A stretch of DNA of 63,476 nt, filler included, from Bigelowiella natans CCMP2755 (taxonomy: Eukaryota > Protista > Cercozoa): the NCBI GenBank assembly GCA_000320545.1. It is 5 parts of 5 records of this genome, joined end to end, with 100 filler letters (N's around TTAATTAATTAA, not from the genome) between each part and the next. Parts side by side here need not be neighbours in the genome. Positions count along the whole stretch, not along the records: positions 1 to 20,279 come from ADNK01001624.1; positions 20,380 to 50,798 come from ADNK01002733.1; 3 more parts are not named here. One strand, given 5' to 3'. The notes beneath the pieces are model-generated. The model saw only the letters and a list, made by a program, of their open reading frames with translations. It searched no databases and was not told the DNA's origin. Made by a program: the position numbers and the translations under genes. Shown here piece after piece: positions 12,461 through 23,397 of this stretch (its first letter is position 1; the number at the start of each line of letters is the position of its first letter).

Positions 12461-13658
12461 AGGGGAGGAGCGAGATTCTCATCTGCTACTTTCATCCCGT
12501 CCAATGTGTATGCTACAAGGGAGATAACTACACCTGGACCCGGGGGGAGGAGGGGAAGTGGGGCATCCATATGAGACAGGAAGGAGAGGAGGCTGTGAGC
12601 ATTGCAAATGGGCATTTGAACTGGGAGTTTCTCCCTGAGCCTCGCCATGCTGAGTTCCTGGTCCTAGACAAGCTCGTCGACGAATCGACCATAAAAAGGC
12701 TGATCCATCTTCTTGAAGCCGAAGAGGTGATGACAGAACAAATCACACATTTTCGCGGGAGATGAATCTCGCGCGCGCCCGCCCGATCAAGTGCCCGTGT
12801 TCGTTAGGGACGCGACATGTGCATGCATCGATCCCCGCAGCCACGCCTCTGCCTTCTCGGCCGACACACAATTAAACAACCATGCAGTTTGACACCGACC
12901 TTGACACTGTGGACGGCCTGGCTACTTTTGAGTTTTATCTGGAGAAGAATGGAGGGCAAGAGGCTATCGCTGGGATTCAGGGGAAACCCGATGCGGATCC
13001 GGCGATTGCGAAGGCGAGGGCGGCGACGCGGTTCGCTGCGGCAGAGGTCAACGACACTGCGAAACCTTTCACACCACCAACAAATCCACGTCTCACGAGT
13101 GCCCCGGTCTCCTTTTGTATGTAGCTGCTGTCACCCGCGATAACGAAGATTACGGAGATCGTAAACTCCGCATATACCACCCCAGTCGTCGCCGAAGACG
13201 ACGGCGACGACGAAGGCGCTCAAAGCAGTTTCAACAACAACAGACGCAGATTATTCAGCTCATGTGGCGAATCACGCTGCGTTCCTTGCTTCTCCTTCAT
13301 TCGACGGTAGGGATGGCAGCTTTGACTTCAGACGATCTGACTTATGTGAAACATCGACGTCGGATGGTGGAATACGTAGCGAATAGCGATGATATACACG
13401 AGGAAGAGGGGGGGGGGGGGTGGTTAGCTGCGAGCGGAAAGCATTCCAGTGACTCTAGAATCCATCAGATTGATAAAGTATGTGCTTATGCTTCATTTCG
13501 CCTCTTATCAGCTACGCCGCTGGGGACGCTCGCAATCGGTCTACGCATGATACGCACTTTGACGAACAAGCACTCGTCACAGCGGTGTGTGAGCTCGTTG
13601 TTTCTCCCCCCCCCCTTTCCCGCCATTTCTCCTTCTCCTCCTCCTCGTCTTTCTTCTT

Positions 13659-13689
<31 letters not shown>

Positions 13690-14127
13690 GCCTGTCGTCT
13701 CTCCCACACTTCGTTCTATATTCCCACCCCCCCATCCCCCCCCCCTCACATGGATTTTGGGCCTGAAATCGGCGGCGAAAATTCGCCTGTCGTCGGCACA
13801 GCACGCATGAAACTACCCGCCTTTGACTCGCGGACTGTTTTATGCTAATAAGCACAAACTATCAGCCCGCCCTCCATCTTCGATCATTTCGCCTATTACG
13901 CTGGGTCTCTCACGGGCTGATACTCACGCCTTTCCAACCACGCAGGTCATATCGCTGTCTACCCACGGCCAAGACTTCACAGGAGGCCTCTTCGTAGCGG
14001 CGGGGGGGGGGCGCAGTAAGCGTAGGTTTCTGGCGCTAAGGACGGGGGATGTGGTGCTGCATCAGTCGGATTTACTTCACGGGGTTGACGTCATATCAGG
14101 GGTAACGTCGAGATTGTAAATATGAAG

Positions 14128-14168
<41 letters not shown>

Positions 14169-15092
14169 ATATTTTATTATTTCCATCATCTCCACTGCCG
14201 CAGCAAAGCAACAACAATAGCAACACTTGTGAGACGAAAGTAGCGATGAATCTCAGCCCCTTCGTGGCTAGCTCCGTGTAGCCTTATTCTGCTGCCCTTC
14301 GTTGTCATCGTCGTCATCTTTGCCACTGTCCTGAAAATCGCCCTGTTCGGAAACCCTCCTGTGCATGCATACACCACCAAAAACAGACGCGCTGGAGCTG
14401 GGTCATCTGGTTCAAAGACGCCGGCAACGCTGCCCGATGCTCGGAGATCGATCGACGAAAGTGGACTCAGGCGGCTGCCTCCTCCCCGTCGCCCGGTGGC
14501 GGAAAGGGTGGGGGGGGGGACCCTATCGTGCAGTACCTACACGCAAAGCGAAGCACTTCGCAGCGGGAAAAGGAGCGTTGGCTGCGACGGGCAGCTAACG
14601 GCAGGTTCAGAATGGCGCAGAATGAACTCGGAGTGATGCTCAGGGATAAGGGCAAATTGCAGGAGGTAGTGGTGCGTCACAAAGGGGGTAGCCCGTGCTG
14701 GTGGCGACGACAGCAACGACGATGATGATGATGGTGGTGGTGGTGGTGGTGGTGGTGGTGATGGCGAATGCTGGTTTTTATATTTATTCTTATTTTTAAT
14801 TTATCCTTTGTATTTATCTTGCACTGGTAGGCCCGGAAATGGCTTACGAAGGCGGCTCGGAGCGAGCCCGCAGCGATGTTAAATCTTGCAATGATGATTT
14901 TGACACAAGGAGGGGGGCGGGCCGGCCAAAAGGCCGAGAGCGAGCAGCAGCTGGCAATTAAGCTCCTGCGCCGCGCCGCACGGTTGGGCCTACCTGAAGC
15001 GATGACGAATCTTGGGGTCAGTTGAAGTGTATGTGCCTCGAAAGCGAGATTTAAGCGTGCGGATATACCGTCGTGGTTCAAATTGCGTGTGC

Positions 15093-15132
<40 letters not shown>

Positions 15133-15170
15133 TTGCGTATGGGTTTTTCAATGTGTGCACATCGATATCG

Positions 15171-15206
<36 letters not shown>

Positions 15207-15266
15207 ATAATTGGAAGGGCTTTTTTGCATTTATTCCGTCGTAAATATATACATAAAACACACACA

Positions 15267-15308
<42 letters not shown>

Positions 15309-15873
15309 GGTGGCGCACTACAAAGGACTTGCCGGCCCTTCCTCTCCGTCGTCGTCATCTAATAGCAACTGGGAGCGTGCCATAGGCTGGTGGCGAGCTT
15401 CGGGGCGTCCTGAGGCATTGATCCTGGCCATAACCGTACTGCGAGGCGTTGGGCGAGGGAAGGAAGCTGATGAAATCTTACAGGAGCTTGCATGGAAAGG
15501 CCATCCTCCGTCCTGCCGGGGAATGATGTTGAGAATGCTCGAGAAGACAACGCTGGAGAGCTTCACGCTACCAGAGGCCAAGGAGGCGTTGAGATGGGCA
15601 CGGCGTGCATCCTCTCCGTCGGTCGTAAGCGGCGAGGGTGGCCTCTCTTCCGATGAGGTTTCTGAAGTCCTGGAGCATAGAAGAAGGTTGGAGGCCAGAG
15701 TGGAGGAGCTCATGATAACAGCGCAACGTGCAAATGGCGGCGAGGATGATGCCAGAAGATTGGTGGATGAGTCCCGTGCACGCCACAGAAACAACGACGA
15801 CGGTGGCGGCGGCAAAGACAACGCTCACTCCAAAGGAGGAGCTCACCATTCAAAGACGAAAACTGAGTTGTGA
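12262..15873 (+). CDS. Secretory/ER 2OG-Fe(II) oxygenase (prolyl/lysyl-hydroxylase-like fold) fused to Sel1-like repeats, C-terminal KTEL
   Basis: Signal-like N-terminus (SVALIVTVAVLLPTTG). HxD in YAAGDARNRSTHDTHFDEQALVTAV, then VISLSTHGQDFTGGLFV..GDVVLHQSDLLHGVDVISG and RWSWVIWFKD (HxD..H..R). Sel1-like repeats WLRRAANGRFRMAQNELGVML, ARKWLTKAARSEPAAMLNLAMM, LLRRAARLGLPEAMTNLGV. Ends ..SKTKTEL*. Confidence 0.78.
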
Positions 15874-16821
15874 AGGTGAGATGGCCTGCAGTGTTGTTTG
15901 CCATCGATCGATGGACCGATCGATGGAGATGCGACGACTAAGCAACATCACGCATCAACATGTAATGAGGCGCAATACTAGCAAATGACGTGTGCGGCTT
16001 CTAAATGCATGTCTACCCATGCTAGCATGCAATCTAGCAAACTCCATATGACATGAAAGACATGCGCATGAAGTCTGTCATGCCCAGATGTGCGCTTAAA
16101 TGCGTCAGTCTAGCAATGCCTTCATGTGTGCCATTGCTGTCTAGCTGTGTGCATGCATGTGCACATCTACAGACATGGTCGTTCTTTTCCACATGCATGC
16201 ATGCTAGCATGCACGCATGAAATGAAATGTGGGGCACATGGTTGTTACCCTGCTGCGTTGCGACACAAACTAATGGCACACATCTAGACATGCTGTAGCT
16301 AGATATAGCATGCATACATGCTGCATGTAGCAAGCATGCTAGCATGCGTCAATCAATGACGCAAATGACAACGCACGTGCAGGTTATTCATATTGGCAAA
16401 GCAGACAACGCTATGGAACAGTGCATGCACCGCCATGGATCATGCTAGCTAGCTAGCTAGCATGATGACATCTAGACATTCGTCCGCGTCTAGCTAGGCA
16501 TGCTAGCTACCTAGCGCATGCAAAGCAATGATGTCGCTAGGCGCCAGTGGTGTGTGCGATTGCTAGCTTGTGTAGATCTAAGGTATATATGCTACGCGTA
16601 TGCGACACGCAGCTCATTGTGATTTTTACATGCAATATAGCAACGACCAGATGTGTACTACGAGATGATTACGCAACACGTGTGTGATGTACGCCATCAC
16701 CGTGTGCATGCACACATGGCACAGCCAGCGTTGTGGTCGCATTGATCGAGAGTGCCCATATAATCCATTCACAAGCTTCATCATATGTGTGTAAATCTCT
16801 GCTCTGTGCTACATGTCTCAT

Positions 16822-17124
16822 TCAGCCTTTCTGTCTTGTTGGATATGCTTTCGGACAAGAACTTTGGCCTCGCGGTATTCCACATGATACTACACCGCCA
16901 GTAGATGAAGCTGTTCTAGAGTTGAGCTGGAAGCTTTGCCCCCTCCCCCCCCCCTCTCCCAAACGACTACAGCATTCAGTCCCCAGAAGACCTTTTCTCT
17001 TTTTATGATGATCCACCGCCGACTGCTGTACGTTTGCGGCGTTTTCTGCAACATTAAAGGGGGAGGGTGGAGAGGGGGGATACGTATCTCTATTGTAAAA
17101 TCGTGCTAATGGAGGCCAATCGGC

Positions 17125-17164
<40 letters not shown>

Positions 17165-17165
17165 T

Positions 17166-17214
<49 letters not shown>

Positions 17215-18197
17215 AAGGGAATAGGGCGCGGAGAGAGACGACTAAAGACAAGCTACCTCATGGTGACGTTGGGAGATACTGTGCGTGCTTCTGCTGAACG
17301 CTTAATACCATCAGTTTTCTTCTTCTTCTTCAACGCGCTCCCCTTTCGCGTGAATACCCTCGCTGATGTCCTCCACGATGTGGAAGATTTTGACGACGAC
17401 GATGATGAACCAGCCCCCCTTCTAGAAGAAACAGTAGTAGCAGCAGCAGCAGTAGAGGAGCTCTTAGACGCCGGTGATGGCTTCGTTGAGGGAGGAATCA
17501 AAGGGTGCATAGGAGGCCGCTTTACACCACTGCTTGTCCTTCTCTGATTCGCCGTACGAGCTCGCACATTCCCACTCTCCTTGACCTTCTTCGTCTTCTT
17601 CTGCTGCCGTTGTTGTAGCCGCGTTCTTGCTCTCGAGGGCGATGCACTGAGCGAAACGCTCGCTGCTCGACGATGTATCGTGGGTCTTTGATTCTGGAGG
17701 GAACCTGGCTCCGACTTTCCCGTTGTAGTCAAATTGCGCCTGCGATTCTTCGTCGCAGGGCTGCTCGATATGCTTGCTGTGCGACGACGCTTGGAGGTCT
17801 TCTTTGCTGCGGGGGAATCCGTTGGTTTGACTGGGAGAGGTGGGCGGCGGAGCAGCACTCCTCCTCTCCTGCTCGCCGCGGATGTGGTGTTCTTTCGAGA
17901 CCTCACTCCCTGGACGGCTGCGAGCAGAGAACAAGCAGAGATGAGAGGAGGGAATCGGGATGAATGTTTGCGTCATTTACTCACCGTTTTTTTTCCTGGC
18001 TGTTTGCGCTGCGTTGTCTGATGATGGGCTCTTGAGTATGGAATGGCTGTGAGAACGCTTATGTGCTGCTTTCCCACGAGTCCTGGCCCTTCTGGCTGAT
18101 TGAAGGTTCGGACCTTGATTTTCCTTTGCCTGACAGACCAGACGTATCAGCTTCATCGTCAAGTGCAAAATTTGAACGTGGATACGAAACACAGTTT

Positions 18198-18278
<81 letters not shown>

Positions 18279-18680
18279 TTGATGTATATGTTAGGTTTCT
18301 AAATTTGTGCATGTTGAAGAAAATTTGGCGAACAATTCTGGTCGATATATTCACTTCCCCATAACGATGATCGTTGCTTCACACACACCTGTCGTTTTTT
18401 CTTCTCAAGCCGGCTCCAGTACTCAGCAATACTTTGGGAGTTGTTAGCATCCTTGGCCGCGCCCTTCCGCTTCTCTTGCCCGAAATTTCTGATCGAGATA
18501 ATATTATTAGCGCTTAGAATATTGGGTATTGCATCTCGAGACGTAGATCTGTTGTCGAATGCTGCGTTTTCTCGTTATTATTACATGAATTTATTGAGGT
18601 AGTCGTCGTCCACATCTGTCGCCGTTTTACTGATGTCCTTTGCTGATGAAATACTCAAAATCAACACGTCGACATTTCTC

Positions 18681-18723
<43 letters not shown>

Positions 18724-18943
18724 CACACAACGAGTAGTAGGTTGTTATCAGAGAATATAAGCATGACTGTACCTTGTTCTTTGGACCGAAGGCCCAGCTG
18801 ATCCATCAGCTTCTCATATTCCCTGAGTTGTTAGATCATCATGTTCATATTTCGGACCGCACCCAAATGCAATGCAAGACGTACTTGTCGACAGCCTTCT
18901 TGTCCCCTGACGACTGGGAGACGATGGCTTCCAGATTGGGCAT
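16822..18943 (-). CDS. Hypothetical multi-exon protein with a long Arg/Ser/Lys-rich low-complexity region
   Basis: Exons MPNLEAIVSQSSGDKKAVDK / EYEKLMDQLGLRSKEQ / AKENQGPNLQSARRARTRGK.. / 217-aa basic ORF 17253-17906, flanked by GT-AG sites. No recognised domain. Confidence 0.45.
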
Positions 18944-20175
18944 CCTCCCCAAACCAACAAACAAGAAAAAATTGAAGGAGCGAGCGCCTTCACGTCCTTT
19001 CGCCCTTCCTTGCTCGGAAGGTCAGAAAGACAAGAAGTTTGAATGTTACTCCGGATCAAACTTTTCCGCAAAAATCATCCAAAATTCCTGGAAATGCATT
19101 GTAAAATTTCAAAAATATTGACTGAACCCGAAGACGCAGGCTCAATCTCGACAACGACTATTGACTCAAAAAGCCAGGCTAGTTCTGAAATTTCCAGCTG
19201 ACCGTTAGGCTGCAGATTAAACAATGCTAAAGCCAGTAATATGTAAAAAAACGCATTCGATTTTACCTTTGCGACAACGATTCACATTCTGATCTCGAAA
19301 AGGCTTTATTAATGACCTCCTGCGACAAGTGATGATTGTACCCGAAAAGAGATACTCGTAAATCAAACGGCATTGAAACTATTGCAATTGTTGTACGATC
19401 AGGACGAATGGTATTTAAATATTTTCCGTGTAAATTTTAGACTGATATTCTTCTTCCGCCGTTCATGGCGGCCCGTCGGCCCTGCAACAGACGCCAGCGA
19501 TGGGCTTGCCTGCATCTCTCCATCACTGCTATCGCTCTGTGGATCTTCAGTAATCACTATCCTCCCGATATTGCTTCGAATTTTGCGAAGAAGAATGAAG
19601 GAGGAGCAGGAGATCTTCCCCACGTGCTTCAGACAAAAGGGGTGAGCAAGCTCATATCAATGCGGGAAATAAGAGGGGGGCGGCTCGGGAGAGAGCAGGA
19701 GCGGAACTCGCTTCCGATGCATTTAGCACATCCCCTAACCATTATCGAAGTGAGTAAGTGACAAAACCAAATCGCCACAGGTCCCGGTGAAGCTCTTCTG
19801 CGACCCAAGCGAGGTAAAACTGTGTTGGGTGCGGATGCTTGAACGGCAGGACAAAAGGGGGGGGGTGGGGAGGAGAGGGGAGGGGTATTTCAGCTGATCG
19901 GTGGGGAATGGATTGAGGTCCGCCAAAGGCTCCAAGATGGAGAATAGAAGCCGATTAGATCGGCGTTATTACAGGACATCTTCTCCCGTGATGATGGCGA
20001 CAGACAGTGCAGTGTAGGATTTTCTTCAAGTTGATGAATGAACAACATGATGCAGGTTGAACCTGACGCACTCAAGCAGTTAAAGGGCGTCGCTGAATCC
20101 GGACTGGTGAGTTTAGCATTAAAGTTTTATTTATTCACAAAAAAATATGTGAAAATCTATTTGTAAATTATGTGA

Positions 20176-20279
<104 letters not shown>

Positions 20280-20379
20280 NNNNNNNNNNNNNNNNNNNNN
20301 NNNNNNNNNNNNNNNNNNNNNNNTTAATTAATTAANNNNNNNNNNNNNNNNNNNNNNNNNNNNNNNNNNNNNNNNNNNN
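20280..20379. other. Assembly gap with TTAATTAATTAA spacer
   Basis: N-run, TTAATTAATTAA, N-run. The same 100-nt construct occurs four times in the window. Confidence 0.97.
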
Positions 20380-20553
20380 GGGGTGGACGAAAATTCTGAT
20401 ATGAATACTTAGAGGAAGTAGTTTGGGTGTGGCCGTTGGGGATGGCAACCTGTTTGCTGTTGGTGGGTATGGTGATAAATCTGGGGAGTATCTTCGCATC
20501 GCTATGTAGACTGCTTCCGCACACACATTGGGTTCTGTCTGGAGAAAATATGG

Positions 20554-20751
20554 TTATTTATAGCCATCTACAACTTCGCTCATTAGACAAATGTGGACTT
20601 CCATCAGTTTATCTCTCAGTTTGCGATAGAATTCAGGATTCAGTTCGGCTTTTAGTTCATCTATTACGAGGACGATTTCACTAAGTTTATAGTCAACATC
20701 ATAGATTTTATCTGCTGTGCTACTTTTATTTACTTGATTAATATTACTCAT
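20554..20751 (-). CDS. Small intronless ORF of the virus-like island; possibly a pseudogene because the same frame reopens after the TAA
   Basis: 65-aa ORF MSNINQVNKSSTADKIYDVDYKLSEIVLVIDELKAELNPEFYRKLRDKLMEV.. with AT-rich codon usage. ORF 20332-20526 lies in the same frame downstream. Confidence 0.35.
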   Translation of the reverse strand: MSNINQVNKSSTADKIYDVDYKLSEIVLVIDELKAELNPEFYRKLRDKLMEVHICLMSEVVDGYK

Positions 20752-21130
20752 ATTAATCTTATAGTGAGATAATTCTTTAAATGAAAATCATAGTTGGATG
20801 TTTTGTAAAAGTGGAATCCTTTTGCTAATAGCTTATATTGTTAAGTATGTATGTTGTAGCAGTCGCATATGTATTAGCATATTGCTTCAGCATACACTAG
20901 GCATAGCAGTCGCATATAGCACCGCATATCGCTTCGTAATAGCAGTGTATTAGCACGGCATGTCGCTTCGTAATAGCAGTCGCACATAGCAGTCGCATAA
21001 ATGAATATCATACAAATTTGATACGATATTTATTTATTTTGTAAAAACTTGTGGTAAAATATGTCCTTATAGGTATACCATTTGAATGTTAATTGTTTGT
21101 TTTATAGGTAGGAACACATATTTGTATGTT

Positions 21131-21625
21131 CTACTTTGTTGTTGGTGTATGTTTTTGTCTTGTCTTCAAACATTTCTTGGTTCTTTGATGTCTTCGTAAA
21201 TGCTTTTTGCTTACAGCACAATTACAGAACTCACAATCTACCTTTTGTTTCATTTCTTCTAACATTTTTTCTTTGTTTGCTTCTCTATATTTTTTGTTGT
21301 ATTGTTTTATCTTTTCTTTGTTCGCTTCTCTGTATTCTTTCTTTTGTTGATTTATTTTTTCTTTATTTGCTTCTCTGTAGTTTTTGCTGTATTGTTTCAT
21401 TTTTTCTCTGTTCTTCATTCTATATATTTTGGTCGCTATTCTCATTTCTTCTTTTAACAATTTATATAACTTTCTTCTATCATTTTTAATTTTTCCCTCC
21501 AAAGCACAACCTTTTTCCATACTGACATGCTCCTCTTTCAAACTATTTCTCATTTTAGCGACATCAAGTTGTATTATTTTTATGTTTTTTCTTATTTTTA
21601 ATAATTCATTTTTTAACTCTTCCAT
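21131..21625 (-). CDS. Lys/Glu-rich YREANKEK-repeat protein with a C-terminal CxxC..H..C zinc finger (large-DNA-virus/virophage-type)
   Basis: Three YREANKEK units at 15-aa spacing followed by KVDCEFCNCAVSKKHLRRHQRTKKC. This architecture resembles the C-terminal modules of GIY-YIG/HNH-associated proteins of large DNA viruses. Intronless and very AT-rich. Confidence 0.65.
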   Translation of the reverse strand: MEELKNELLKIRKNIKIIQLDVAKMRNSLKEEHVSMEKGCALEGKIKNDRRKLYKLLKEEMRIATKIYRMKNREKMKQYSKNYREANKEKINQQKKEYREANKEKIKQYNKKYREANKEKMLEEMKQKVDCEFCNCAVSKKHLRRHQRTKKCLKTRQKHTPTTK

Positions 21626-21721
21626 TTAATGTTATAATATTCAATTCTTTATATCGTTTTCCTCTTCATTTTTAATTTCAACCCCACACAAATTAGTGCT
21701 TTCTTTTACCTCCTTCATTTT

Positions 21722-21761
21722 ATAATTAATGAGGGCTTCTGGGGCTTTTCAAAAACCAAAC

Positions 21762-21804
<43 letters not shown>

Positions 21805-22185
21805 TACTTACATACTTTATATATATAACCCCCGCCCCCTGAAAACATACCCAGATAAAACATAAGTATAATAATGTAATATGATACAGCATAATGATAC
21901 AGTCGCATAATGCTGTCGCATAACATAGTCGCATATCGCTTCGCACCGCACAGCACATAGCACATAGTACGGCACGGCACATAATTAAGGGGGGGATGTG
22001 GGGCATTACAAAAACCAAACTTTTTATAATATATATATATATATATTAAAATACTTACATACTTTATATATACTGCCCCCGCCCTCAAAAAATGCCCCCT
22101 GGGAAACATAAGTATAACAATGCAATATGATACAGCATAATAATACGAAAGCATAATGCAGTCGCATAACATAGTCGCATCGCTT
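21722..22185 (+). repeat. Tandem direct duplication, unit about 259 bp (copy 1 from about 21722, copy 2 from about 21981)
   Basis: CAAAAACCAAACTTTTT..(TA)n..TTAAAATACTTACATACTTTATATATA..CATAAGTATAA.AATG.AATATGATACAGCATAAT.ATAC..GTCGCATAACATAGTCGCAT occurs twice. Confidence 0.9.
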
Positions 22186-22189
22186 TGCG

Positions 22190-22341
22190 GTGTGATGTGT
22201 AAGTAACAATAATAACAATTATTATAACCGCTAACAACAACATCACAAGTTGCAGTCGCATCGCTTTGCGAGGTGTGCCTTGCACACATACCGCTATTAG
22301 CGGTTATAATAATTGTTATTATTATTACTTACACATCACAC
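22190..22341. repeat. 45-bp inverted repeat (arms 22190-22234 and 22297-22341, one mismatch, 62-nt spacer)
   Basis: GTGTGATGTGTAAGTAACAATAATAACAATTATTATAACCGCTAA ... TTAGCGGTTATAATAATTGTTATTATTATTACTTACACATCACAC. Confidence 0.92.
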
Positions 22342-22350
22342 ACGCAGTAG

Positions 22351-23357
22351 CAAATCTTGTTGGGATGTCGAAACATGCATGCAAATCTGGAAATCTTGAA
22401 CCCTCAATCCGAACCCTTCAGTGCACCCAGCTAGCCAGTGATCCTGTGATGTCTGCAGTCTGGGCAGTGCCAGCTGGCCAGAGTCATGCACCTTGCGAAC
22501 GCAACCTTGCCAGCTTGAGCCTTGCTAGCTCGATGCAGGATTCGTGGAAACTTGTTTGAAATGATTTGTCTTCTTTTTCTTCTTTTTCTTCTTCTTCTTC
22601 TTCTTTTTCTTCTTCTTCCTCTTCTTCTGCATTTTCCTCAGCAGTTTGTTGCTTGCCGCGGAGGAAGTCCAGAAGGCTGGCTAGCTAGAAGGGTGAGTTG
22701 GCACTCGTTTCGATGGTCCTTCTGCAATCAGCAGCTTCACTGACTGGGACCAGTGCTGGCATTCCTAGACTCGTCCATGTTCACTCCCACAAATTGCTTG
22801 TGCCAGTGTGGTGTTCGCTCAACTCTGGAACCAGTCAAGTGCGTGTTCCTGTGTGGCAACAGCTGACCCAGCTAGCTTTGTTCCAAGAGCATCAACCTGA
22901 TCTGGTGATCGATGAAAACTTTGTCCGATGGAGTCAAAGACTTTTGGCCCGATGGGCACGGTGGCACGCTCTGCAATGACGCTGCTGGGTGAGCGCGTTG
23001 GGGGGAAGTGGTTGCAAGCCCTCCTGACTCTCACAATTTTCTGACTCTCCCACTTTCCGCCAGTGAATTGCGCAGACAAGCTAGCCAGGCTGGCAGGCCT
23101 GGGCCTCCTCTCTTCATCTCGTCCGCGCTTCATTCGCTTGCTGAGCACCAAGTTCGATGTCCTGGTCTAGCTGGTGGCTGAACTCTGGAACTCAGCAAGC
23201 TAGCAGGTGCGCAGTGTCCTCTGCGGGCTTGCTAGCTTGACTTTCATGCATGCGCGACATGAAACCACAAACCTGTTTCGTCCAGTCATGTGCGTGCAAC
23301 GACTCCAAACGACTCCAGGAGTCTAGCTAGCTGGGCTAGCAGGAGTGCACAAAGTCG

Positions 23358-23397
<40 letters not shown>

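Larger units (their letters stand above)
20380..22341 (-). mobile_element. AT-rich endogenous virus-like island (virophage/Polinton-like/NCLDV-derived fragment), truncated by a gap
   Basis: Sharp AT enrichment, small intronless Lys-rich ORFs, an AGTCGCAT motif array, a ~259-bp tandem duplication and a terminal 45-bp inverted repeat. No capsid, ATPase or integrase gene is visible. Confidence 0.55.

Noticed and set aside
9000-15873. Idea that the two 2OG-Fe(II) oxygenases are the DNA-modifying enzymes behind the TpA signature
   Set aside because: Neither resembles TET/JBP or AlkB by visible motifs, and one has a signal peptide plus KTEL, implying the ER lumen.
20324-20335. TTAATTAATTAA palindrome repeated four times in the window
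   Set aside because: It is always centred in a 100-nt N-run. This is an assembly spacer with stops in all frames, not biology.
20856-21000. Short repeats resembling a CRISPR array
   Set aside because: The repeats are 8-23 nt, irregularly spaced, with no unique spacers and no cas genes, in a eukaryotic context.
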